Source: Lepidodermella squamata | Lineage: Eukaryota; Animalia; Gastrotricha | Reading direction: 5' to 3' | DNA length: 64,000 bases | NCBI GenBank assembly: GCA_047495785.1 | Contig: JBLDXI010000009.1 | Location: forward strand, 1,860,001 to 1,924,000 | Shown here: piece by piece, positions 1 to 11,900 of the stretch | Numbering within the stretch: position 1 is the stretch's first letter | Layout: each line of letters opens with the position of its first letter | The notes under the pieces: model-generated | The model's database searches: none | Told to the model about the DNA's origin: nothing | The model's input: the letters and a program-made list of their open reading frames with translations, nothing else | Program-made: the position numbers and the translations under genes

Positions 1-427
1 GCTTGTCAAGCTTGAAGCTTGAAGCACATTTCACTCGAAATTGCACTTGAAACGATATTTGTGTTTATAGCGCAGGGAATCCTAGCCCAACTCCTGAAAC
101 GTGAAACATTGCATAACTTTCTTATTGCGATTCTAGAGGCTTTCTCGCGAGAACGAGAGCTGAGGCATGATAGCAATTTTCTTTTAAATCACGAGCTTTA
201 TCCCATCCAAGCGTTTTTCCCCTTAAGTGTAATCCAAGTCTTATTCAGTCTAATTCATAAGAACTTACCCTCTGCCTTTTGCGCTATCCCATTTTTCCTT
301 GCGATGTCGATGATCAGTCATTTTAACATTTCTAGAATTGTTTGGCGCCTTTATCCTGCCTTAGCCAATCAGCTAATAGCGAGCGCTGTTAGACAGGTTG
401 GTGACTAAGCTCGCCCTCCCCCTACCC

Positions 428-435
428 TATATAAA
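428..435 (+). promoter_or_regulatory. TATA box, probably of the SBNO gene
   Basis: TATATAAA at 428-435, followed by a plausible 5'UTR intron (donor GTAATC ~503, acceptor TTTAG ending 761) ahead of the SBNO ATG. Confidence 0.4.
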
Positions 436-795
436 GCACTAAAATAGCGAAGTTTTTATACATTTTGTTGAGAGAAAGCAGTTAACAACTCGAAGGAACG
501 CGGTAATCTAAGAGGAAGGAAAGATTTAAAAAATGAAATCTCGACTTTCTCCGACCTTTATCCTATCATAGATGGCAGGATTAGAAAAATTTGCTACACT
601 GAGTTGAGGCGACTGAGATCTGAGATGGAAACGTCTGATTATCAATCTGATTATCAATGATTAACCATGATTCTTATGAGTTGAAAATTGAAAATATTAC
701 CTGAGAGATTGATTAACATACGTGCTACGTGCTCATTATTTTATTGGCATTCATTGTTTAGATACTTTATGGGTCGCTTCCACGCACCCTAATTG

Positions 796-3700
796 ATGGC
801 GGATTTCTTTGATGCATTAAACGTTCTCGAAGAAGTAAATAAACATGTCGATGAGGTAATTAATTAGCGTAAGCTTCCAATGCACTTTTAATATGTTTCA
901 CTTTTTTCAGATCGCCCCTGACGCAAATTTAAATGAGGACAACGCTGGTGACAATGATGAACCTGTGCGAAAACGATTGAAGACGGAAGAGCCTTCCGAT
1001 GTTTATACGATTACTGTTGATCCGCCACCTTTTATAACAATACCTGTGGCGGTTAAAATTGATCAGGACGATGTTCCCAAATTAGTGATTCCATCCAGCG
1101 CTCTTCGTGCTCGACTAGCTATTTCACGGCCACAAATACCAGCAGTACAGGATATAACAGAGGAGCAAGTGGATGAAGAATTAGGCGTTGCCGAAACTTA
1201 CTCGGATTACGTGCCTGCCAAACTTAACGTTGGCTATCGGCATCCAGATCCAATTGTGGAAAGCGCGTCACTCGCTAGCGTTGAAGTCCCTGATGTCTGG
1301 TATGAGTTACAAATACCAGAATCCATCATACAAAAGCGTCTGCTGTCTGGCTTACAACTTGAGGCAATCGCCTACTCGTGTCAGAGACATGAAAAGTTTC
1401 TGCCTAACGGACAACGCGCCGGTTTCTTAATTGGCGACGGCGCCGGTGTTGGCAAAGGCCGCTCTATCGCTGGGATTATTTACGAAAATTATCTCCAGGG
1501 ACGGAAACGGGCTGTTTGGTTTAGCGTCTCCAATGATCTCAAGTACGATGCGGAACGCGATTTACGTGATATCGGCGCAGATCGGGTGAAAGTCCATCTG
1601 CTGTCGAAGCTTAAATACGCGAAAATTAGTTCGTCAAACAACGGAAAGATTAAAAAGGGCGTTCTTTTCTCGACATATCTCTCGTTAATCGGCGAGAGTC
1701 AACGCCCAGGCTCAACATACGGAACTCGCCTGAAACAAATCCTGGAGTGGTGTGGTTCTGATTTCGATGGCCTTATTATTTTCGACGAGTGTCATCGCGC
1801 TAAAAATCTTATTCCTTCAGGTTCGCAAAAGCCAACGAAAACTGCGTTGACAGTGATTCAGTTGCAAGAAGCGCTTCCAAACGCTCGAATAGTGTATTCG
1901 AGCGCCACCGGGGCTGTCGAACCTCGACACCTCGCCTATATGACCCGTCTGGGCTTGTGGGGTCCCGGAACAACCTTCCCTAGTTTTATGGACTTCCTCA
2001 ACGCCGTAGAAAAACGTGGCGTCGGTGCTATGGAAATGGTCGCCATGGACATGAAACTTCGCGGCATGTACCTCGCTCGCCAGCTCAGTTTCAAAGGCGT
2101 GACCTTCAAAATCGACGAGGTGAAATTGTCACCGTCTTTCGTCACGCTCTACAATATGTGTGTGAGATTATGGAGCGACACTCATGCTTGTTTTGAAGAG
2201 GCTTTGAACCTAATAAAACTGCAAAAGCAAAATGATCAACGCGCCTGGTCAATGTTCTGGTCGGCTCATCAGCGTTTTTTTAAACATTTGTGCCTTTCGG
2301 CAAAAGTTGAAGAGTGTGCCAATTTGGCGAAACAAGCCGTCGAGGCGGGCAAATGCGCCATCATCGGCCTTCAGTCTACCGGTGAAGCTAGAATTCTGGA
2401 GGCCGTTGAGGACTCAGCTGATGCCGATGGCTATATGGAGGATTTTGTTTCGACCGCAACAGGTGTCTATCAGAATCTTGTTGAAAAACACTTCCCTGGC
2501 TTGACATATCAGAAAGCATCAGAGGTTCTTCTTAAACAAACACTTCAAGGTATGCCTAATTTAGTAAAATAAAAAACAGTGATTATTGTTTGGTCAATTA
2601 AGGCGTTGCATCGACTCGCAAGGTCACGTTACCAGACTGGGTCACGCGAGGTAGTTTGAAAACTCCGCCGCGAGAAAAAGAGCCACCACCCCAGCAGCAA
2701 GCAGCTTCTGCTACCCCTCAGCATCCTTCAGATTTCGTCTTTCCTCCATCTACCCATTCGTCGGAATTTCCCGAATCGTTAGATGATGCTATTGATGAAG
2801 ATAACGAAGACACCAATCCATTTGCGCTATTCAACGATGACGACGATGCTGACGATCCTTGGATCAGGCGCGTTCGAACTTCGGCGAAACAGCGGAATGC
2901 TGATCAGAGTGTGTCGAAAGAATCTCCTCAGCTTGAAGAGCAGGTCAAAGTGCCTGTTCAGGAAAGTGCAGTTCTGCAGACTTCCTCGTCGATTTTTGGC
3001 AATCGAAAAGGTCGGCGAAATCAGAGAAGTTCAAAGCCGTGGATGCGCAAACGTCGCGCGACAGTCTTCGAGGAGGATGAGGCGAATCGTGGCGCTGATT
3101 CAGATTCTGATGACGATGAAAATTCGTCTGACGACAATGAAACCGGAGCTGATACTGAAGATGTGGGCGACGATGAAGATGAAAACGAAGACGGAGAGGT
3201 ATGCCAATTTTTAAATAGCTGGGTGAAATTGATATTAGATTTTAGTGAAATTTGATCGCTTTTGGCATATACCTCAAATGGGCGTGATTGATGGCGTTTC
3301 GCCAAATCAACATTTCCATTAGGTAGAAGTTCAAAGTATCAGATTAAAAAATTCATGTAAATAGATGATAAGGACATCGTTAAAACTGGTTGTTGTAAAT
3401 TTTTCTTCTGTTGTTCTCAGGGCAGTGACGACGATGATGTGGTCCACGATGACGGAGACGATGACGACCAGAACAGCGAACTGATGGGTGCTTTGAAGGG
3501 TTCTGTCAATTTGAACGCAGAAACGTTGGCGAAACTCAACAAAATGCGGACGGACCTGCTGAAGCGCTTCCAAGATATCCAAGACAAACTGCCGCCTAAT
3601 GCGCTCGATCGGCTGGTTAATCTGCTGGGCGGGCCGAAAAATGTGGCTGAAATGACTGGGCGACGTGGTCGTTTGGTAGCAGATTCGCCTGTCTTAACCT

Positions 3701-5348
3701 CTGGGACGGTCACGATTTCGCACCTTCAACAACACGGCGCCGTGAGATATGAAGTTCGCGGTGCTGATGAAGACATGCCGCTCGAGGTGTTGAATATTGT
3801 GGAAAAGCAGCGGTTTATGGATGGAACCAAGCTGATCGCAATCATTTCCGAGGCGGCTAGCGTTGGTATTTCTCTCCAGGCCGACCGTCGTGCGTCTAAC
3901 CAGCGTCGCCGTGTGCATATCACCCTCGAACTGCCGTGGTCTGCCGACAAGGCGGTTCAGCAGTTCGGCCGATCGCATCGTTCAAATCAAACAAGTGCGC
4001 CCGAATATGTTTTGCTAATCTCAGAACTAGCCGGTGAACAGAGGTTTGCATCTGGGGTAGCGAGGAGGCTCGAATCTCTCGGCGCTCTCACCCATGGTGA
4101 TCGAAGAGTTGCCGATACCACCCAGGATCTTTCGCAATTCAACTTTGACAATCGATACGGCCGAACTGCCCTCGACCGGCTGATAAAAGCTGTAGCTGGC
4201 ATTGAGCCGAGCCCTATCGCGCCGCCGCCAGGTTTTCCGAGCCCTGAGGCCTTTTTCAACCAATCGAGACGCGCCTTTTTCGACGTTGGCCTGCTTATCA
4301 AGCCGTCGCCGTCTAACCAGCAATCTAGTCAAAACACGCTGGCCATTCTCGAACGCGATCACATGAACGTCTCTCGCTTTTTGAACCGCCTTCTCGGGGT
4401 TGACGTCCGCCTTCAAAACTCGATATTTTCGTACTTCAGCGAGCTCATGAAAATCGCTATTCAAGAGGCTCGCCGCGCTGGGCTGTGGGATACCGGCATT
4501 TTAGATCTGAATCCTGGGTGCGACAATGCTCAGCTCGTCGAAGAAAGAACGTTTTTCGCTCAAAACGCTGCGAATGAGCTTCAAGAATTCAGCGTCACCC
4601 TTTTCACTGTCATGGTTTGTTGAATTTACTAAATATTAGACGTTTATTAAAAAAAGTTGTTATATTAAGGTGGATAGAGGAATTTCATGGGACGCTGTGC
4701 TGTCGCTTTCGCGTTCCCTCACTGGTCCGCATGATGGTTTCTACATTTCGTTGGACCAACGTGCCGCAAATACACTGCCTATAATGATCGAAGCTGTTTC
4801 GCTTATTGCTGCTACCAGCGTGGCCGAAGCCAACGCGCAGATGTACCGCATCTATCGTCCTAACCTCGGCCTTCAGACTCGACGCGAAAGCCTTGCTGAT
4901 CTGAGAAAGCGTTATCGAAAAGTCACCGCTAATGAGGTATGTACCGGATTTTTTGAGATTTTCTTATATAATTTTTCTTATTTTTCAGATTCGCCAATAT
5001 TGGGAAATTCAATACGATTTTTGCGCCGCCAAGTGTATCCACAAGTTTACAAGAGGCTATTGCCCGAATATGCAAGCCGGCAGCCATAGCGTGTGCGATG
5101 TCGGCTTGAGGGAACGTCGTTATTACATTCTTTCCGGTGCTGTTCTCGGCGTTTGGTCGGCCATTGAATCGTCGCTGGCTCGGGTTGCGCCGAATGTTCG
5201 CCTTCAAATCGTGCGAACCCGCCTATCGGATGGCCGGCGTATCGTCGGTTGCCTCATTCCGCAAATGGCTGTCAACGAATTTGTTGAGGCTCTACAAGCC
5301 GAGGCTGCACTTCAAGACGAAGAGCTGTTAGACAATGATTTGATGTGA
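796..5348 (+). CDS. SBNO1: Strawberry notch homolog (helicase-like transcriptional co-regulator); exons 796-855, 911-2549, 2603-3198, 3421-4614, 4670-4936, 4989-5348
   Basis: Sno-family motifs [77 protein letters not shown]; all GT-AG introns restore the frame. Confidence 0.95.
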
Positions 5349-6308
5349 AGAGATAGGAAAGATTCGGATAATTTTACTAGTTTTCAGTCACGCAGCTTCG
5401 TAATAAATTGAAAAATGAATAAAAAAGATGATGGAGCGTCGAGAGAATCGATCTAAAAAAACTACTAGTCTCAGAATAACAATGGAGAGGAGAACTTCAT
5501 TTTATCACCTGATGAATATTTTGTATAGATAATGCGATCATGTGAAATGCGAATTGTAATAAAACGTCAACATGTATCCTGTTGAGAGCAGCAGCCGGCT
5601 TTAGGATGATATACTGCGAGAAAAACCTGCTATTTCGTTATTTCAAGTCTTACTGTATTGTAGCCCTCTGACCTGTTCATCTGTGTTCTTTTTTATCAGA
5701 TTCGGAAAATGAAAGCTGAATTTTGCAATAAAAGTGAATTGAAAGATATCTGTCTGTTTTGAGGCTCGGGAAGCCTGTTAGTCTGGAATGTACCAGAAAA
5801 ATGAGTGAAGAGGCTGTATTGTCGTAGACACGGATTATTATCCATCTCTGTAGCCCCGCCCTCGGAGCAGTTCTCGTATCTAAAAGCTTGTCGTGGACAA
5901 GACGCGGAAATGTTAGTCCCTCCTCCTTTTTCCGTCAATCATCAATCAGCTCTTAGACAGGTTATTTCCTGAGGGAGGCTCCCACCATCAGCACAGACTT
6001 AACAAAACACGTCAAGTCCAAGCAATCGACAATATTTATTCATGGTAATTTATTGTTGAACGAACATTACTGAGAAGGAAAATTCAAAATTCAGCGAATT
6101 AGAAATTGAAAAATTTAGATACACATTTAAATTGATAAAAACTAAACATGCAGATACGTTCTATTGGAAAGAACGCTTCGCGCTTCCAACGTCGGGCGTT
6201 TTATTATGAAAATGAAATCATCATGACGATAGAACAAATAAGAAGCTAGATATAACTTCGCCACATCCCAGAAGTGAATAGAATATTATTTATGACGTCC
6301 GAATTACT

Positions 6309-6587
6309 TTAATCGGAAAGATTATCTTCCTCGTCCAGAAGCGCCAACTCCGAGGCGGGCGCAAGTTTCAAGAGACCAGACTCGCGGCCATCATCGCCGT
6401 CGAATTCAGAATCGCCTTCGTCGTCGTCATGAAGCTTCATACGGTCATTGATTCGGACGCGCCACCAGTCACCTTGGCTGCCTCTTGGAACAACGACTAC
6501 TGCAGCTTGAGCTTGAAAATTGTTCGCGACCAGAAGAACCATAGCCAACACGACCGCCATGAAGAAAGAATATGTGTTGAATTTCAT
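6309..6587 (-). CDS. Small secreted peptide precursor (92 aa): signal peptide, basic Trp/Val-rich core, acidic C-terminal tail
   Basis: ATG in AAATG context, hydrophobic signal ending AQA, TATAAA ~60 bp upstream, AATAAA downstream on the minus strand (~6200-6205); intronless; no family recognised. Confidence 0.75.
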   Translation of the reverse strand: MKFNTYSFFMAVVLAMVLLVANNFQAQAAVVVVPRGSQGDWWRVRINDRMKLHDDDEGDSEFDGDDGRESGLLKLAPASELALLDEEDNLSD

Positions 6588-6645
6588 TTCGTTTTAGTGA
6601 TACTCGAAAAGTCGAAAGTGTGATTGATTGCTTTAAAACTTCTAA

Positions 6646-6651
6646 TTTATA
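6646..6651 (-). promoter_or_regulatory. TATA box of the secreted peptide gene
   Basis: CCCCTATAAATTAG on the minus strand, 59 bp upstream of the ATG at 6587. Confidence 0.6.
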
Positions 6652-8986
6652 GGGGAACGAGAAAGATGTAAACAAGAGGATTAACATGACAATGAGGAGA
6701 ATCGTAGTATCTTGCGCGCGAAATCCGAAGAGCGATGCGAATCACGCGACTTGGCTTCTGCATATAAGATAGCCACGCCTTTCAGACTTGATTAGGGTTA
6801 CCTGCATGAGCGAATAACCACGCAAACCACGCTCCACGCAAATAAATGGGCGTAGTGCCGAGATGACTTCAGGCCAGATGGATCGTAAGGGAAATGCAAT
6901 GTTATAACATTTTTATAGGTTGTTTACCCTATAAATCACACAGACAGTCTCAAAAACTGTGCGCGCTCGAAATTGAATTTTAAAGCAATAAACCTCCATG
7001 TTATATACAGTCGACTGCGGGGGAAAGGCGAGACAAGCGCAATGCGGAAACAATTTTTTGCTGGTAAACTGAAACAACAAGCGGGGGAAATTGTTTGACA
7101 TTCAGAACTTGCATGATTAATCGTAGCGCAACGGTGTCGTGTGGCAAACAGAATTCTAAAGGCAACTGATGGACCTTCTGCAGATGCCTAGAGGATCATC
7201 ATGCTATCAAGTGTCCTTTTAAATTGCTTTCAAAAATTTCCGGTGACAACAATAGCAGGAAGTCATTAGTAGCAGCGTGATACTGAAGAGGCAGGAGTTG
7301 AGAAAATTCTCAAATAATCAGTGAATGTAACCTTACTGACATGCTTATAATGCCGGCATTAATTATTTTAATGATGTTATAAAGGAATTATTTTCATCGA
7401 AAAATGGGTAGCAAAAATATCTGAAGAATTTGAACAACATTGTGAGTGGAATGCGCTGGCGAATGCTTTGGACCAGAATGCGTCACTATTTGCTAATTGA
7501 AAGCAATCCGTTGATTTTAAGGACCCGTTGTCACCCTTTTATCAAAATTAAAATCGCAGCACCGGCCTTGCTTTTTTTACTCGAAGCAAATCCCTGCTGA
7601 CTTCAAATACGCGGACGCAACGTAACAACAGTGCGGTCCGAACTGTCTGAAATTTTACACTAGACTGTATTTTTTTTCGCCTACGCAAATAAATGACCAC
7701 GCGTTGACCAAGCAACATTTTAAATTATATTTTAGCTAGCAATAGCAACTGACAATTCCATTTGCAAGAATCGATGAGTATTAGACTTGCGTTCACAAAG
7801 ACCTCAAGTAAGCGGCGAATATGTCTCAAGATACTCAGCATGGCGTCCGCGTTTTCGGAAATTAAATTTGGAAAATGATGGAAATGACACAATGCGGTGT
7901 CATGCTGGCTCGTCCAGGATAAATGAATTAAGAAAAATATCAAAATGCACCCCCTACCCTGCAGCTGGGAACTCAAATTTTGTTCAAATTCGCCAAACCC
8001 TTTTACGAGCCCCCTATCGTGAATCAAATTGCGGATGGCTAGCAATGGCTCGCATTTGGACAGGATGTATAAGTGTAGGTGGATTTTCGCCGGCAAGCTA
8101 AGTGTGTTTTTGTGTTGAAATTATTCTAAAAAAATGATTACATTTTGCAAAATAATGGGTGTTGCTAATTGCATCAATACGCTGGTGGGAAATGACGTGT
8201 GGCCACGGATGAAAGTGCGCACTCTCCGTCCAATTTCCTCATCTCGTAAACAATTTTTCGATTGAACAAACACAGTGCAATCGATGCCAGAGCCGGATTA
8301 GCTCGAGAAGTCAGTGGATTTTTTAGGACAGCTCAACAGGATGCATGGACGGGTCCCTAAATATTGAATCAGCCAACCTGAATCAAGCCCATTCAGTAAT
8401 AAAAATCGTTGAAATATCCAACCTCTGCTGTATTTATTCATCTAAGCTTTCTTCAGGCATTATCGCAATTAACATAAACATACGGATCAACACAAATCCG
8501 ATTCGTCATCAGCCAACTATAAACGAAATACAAATGTGGAGATTTCGGCTCATTAGGCAAGAGAGTTAAATTTAGAAGCAAGTTAATACCATTTGTTTTT
8601 CACATACAACTGTAATCCCGTATTGGGGCAAAGCCAAGAGATCATTTCAAAATGTAAACCTGGTTTAACTTGTTATTCATTTTCCAATGCATTTTTCTTA
8701 GAAAAAAGACACACGCTGACGTATATTATCAAAACGAGATCGAATTCTGAGTACAAAATCTGGAACATGCAAAGAAAAATATTACGCAAACCAAATTTTA
8801 CGAATATCCCCGGGACAAATATTGCAGACATGTATCAAGTATCACGAAGTACAATAAGTATGATTAAAATTTTACAAAATAGAATTTATCGTCTTAGGAA
8901 TTGAGGAAAATCACACCGCGCATTAAACGGAACACTCAAGAGTATATCATAATATGAAAACTAATCAATTGGTAACGACTTCAGGT

Positions 8987-11900
8987 TCAGTTACCGCGGT
9001 CTTTCCGCTCCTTGTTCGCTTTCACACGACCCATCCCGGCGAGGTAAGGCGATGAAGCGATAGGGATAGCGTTATTCCCGAGGGCGGATGCAGGTACCGA
9101 AGCTATTGTTTGCCCAGCTATAACAGGATACGGAAATTGAACTTGGGTCAGCTGAAGCCGAACCGTTGGCAGAGTCATAGGCGCAAAGCTGACTTGACGC
9201 TGCAGCGTAGGAACAGCAGACTGCAGACCAGCCGCACCGGTAGCTGAGTTATTGAAGCTGTAGCGAAGCGGCTCAGCCGAGACCGGATTAGAGGCAGCCG
9301 GCTCGTCGACTACTTCGCCGTTGTTATTTGATACGCGAACTGTCGCAACTGCGGTTGATAGGGTCTGCCGGACCGTTCTAGGCCGCGGGGTGATAGTCGG
9401 CGGCTGGTTAGAGCTCATTTTCGGCGACGGCGGATTCGCCTGAGGCCGTTGGAACGGCGTTGTCGAGCTCGAATTTGATGATGAATTGTTGTTACTTGCA
9501 GCGTTATTTGAGTTGCTACTCGCATTTCCAGCTAGGCTGTTGTTAACTTTGACCGGGCTTAAACTTCGCGTCCGACGCACGGATGAGGAGCGATCAGGAA
9601 TCGGGGAGGTGTTATCTGTAAAATATTGACAAATTATGAGAGGTTAATAAAAAAGCGATTTTAACGTCATGTCACGCCCACACGCGTATTTTGTGTATAA
9701 TCAGTAGTTGGTTATTTTTAGGGGCTATAGGGAAAGGTTGTGAGAAGCCACGCTGTTAGTCTCGAAGCCAAGCTGTTGGACGATTTTAGAGACCGACCTT
9801 CGACGTAAATGACGCGGAACGGCTTGAATAGGTTGTCCACAGATCGTCCAAGTTCGATTTTCAGATTTTCCACAATCACCGGATGTGATATTAGTTCTTC
9901 ATCGTCACTAGCTGAATTGCCAATAGCTGTTTTCACCGAGCGAGTGCTAACCGGGGGCGTGTTCCACACGGGTTTTAAATTGCTATTATTGACAGTTAGA
10001 TCTTGCTTTCGCTTGACTTGCTGGCTAACCGGATCACGGGCGGGCCAATTATACGTTCGATACACTTTATTCGAGCCCAATACACTGGGAGTTCGATCCC
10101 AATTACTCGTGCTAACTTGCCGAACAGGTCCCATTGGACGATTCCCCTCTTCATTTGCGTTCATAGAGCCCGTGGCTATTCCATTCTCTTCATCACTAGT
10201 CGATGGAGCAAATGCGAAAAATTCTCGGACTGCTCCGGAAGTTTTGGAAGCGTGACTTGAGGTACTGAATTTCAGAGGCACTCGCGCTGAATTATTTCCG
10301 CTTTGACTATTATTACTATTATTATTTCCCGTTTTTGCAACGTTATTGTTAGCGTTAAAAGAAGTCCCGCGTTGAATTATTTGCTGCTGGAATCGTTGAA
10401 GTGCGGTTTTAGATTCGAAGGCAGTGTTAGGCGGCTTAGGCGACGCAAGGGCCTGTTTCAAGGTGGAATCGAGAACACTGTTTGGGCGCAAAGGTAACTT
10501 GGGCCAATTGTTATCTGATTACACAACACGCGTATAGACATGACAATAACATTTCAAGAACGCAAATTCATCTATCAGCTTTCAGCCTAATCAATGGCAT
10601 GTGTCAATAAGGGGGCTCAAGAATTTTAGGTCATTTTGTTATGAAATTCGAATCCAATGGACATGGAATTTTCAATACGATAAAAAGCTTCTTGCTGCGG
10701 ACATTATCAGCTCAAATTTCAATCGACAAACCCCTGGTTTTTGTTCAAAATTTTTCTTAATGATTTTCGCACTTACGATGCTTGTGCAACGTGGGAGCTA
10801 AATTTAGGTTTCATAAATCCCAAAATCTACTCTTCAGGTGGATAAATGTGGAAACAAACCATTAGCATCATCGGCTTCGGCCTGTGAGTCGCCAGGGCCG
10901 AAGTCGATCGTTCGCCGCTGACCGTGAAAGACGACATTGAAGCCGTTGAGGCTTCGCAACGGCATCAGTGGTTGGCCCTTTCGCGATTTATCAAAGCATT
11001 CTATAGCCAGGTTGACCGACTCGGCTACGACCCCAGGTATGACATCGGCCAACGGGCCGACATTAGTCGACAGCGATGGATTCGTGTTAACTTCAATGAG
11101 GTACACCTTCATGTTGTCGTCGATCATAAAATCGAGCCCGTACAGTTCGAAGTAGCCGACTTTTGACGCTAGCTTGTTTTTCACAGCGCTGAACATGTGC
11201 ACGACGATGCGCTGGATTTGCTTCGTCATCGTGTTGTACGCCCAATCCCGTTCGATGCCTTTGGTCGGCGCGACGTGCTCGTTGATGTACGTGTTAAACG
11301 TGTCCATGCTCCAAGCTGTGTTTTCTTTCACGTCTTTGTAGGCAGAATCTTTCTTCTGGATATATTGATTGGTCAGATGAACAGTGACTGAAAAGAAGAA
11401 TCACATTTCGAGTTTAATTTCGAAAAAAACTATTAAAATTTGACCAATAAAATTGTTCGAACGCTAAAATGATGAAAAACAGGGGCGTAACCAGGAAACC
11501 TTTTTTCTAGTTATTGTTGATCAGAATGTGAAATTATCATTTTTTCTCAAAAGAATCCAAAGTCGAAGAGTGCCGATTTTCAATAGGAAATATCGATACT
11601 ATTGGGTTTCCGAGCGAAGCGAGAAATTTTTTGACAATTTTGCAAACATTTCCTACACGTCATATGCAATTAGAGCCATTTTCTAAAGAAAATAGGCCGA
11701 AGAGGGGTTTTTGATATTTCACTTTGGTAGTTGTTAGAACAACCAAAACAACCAGCTGGTTACGCCACTGAATGAAAAAAGTGTTTACGGTCCCGGAATC
11801 CTGAAACTTGAATACTGAAAGCTCAGGAACAAGTTCGAAAAAGTTCTCTGGTCCTGGATCATCGTCAAGCCAACGAAAACTGGTTATACATCCGTTTGAC

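Noticed and set aside
19-408. 129-aa hydrophobic ORF
   Set aside because: Non-ATG start, no recognisable motif, lies upstream of the SBNO TATA box; probably spurious.
7725-8904. Short ORFs between the peptide gene and TTLL10
   Set aside because: No domain similarity or coherent splice chain; includes the TTLL10 3'UTR.
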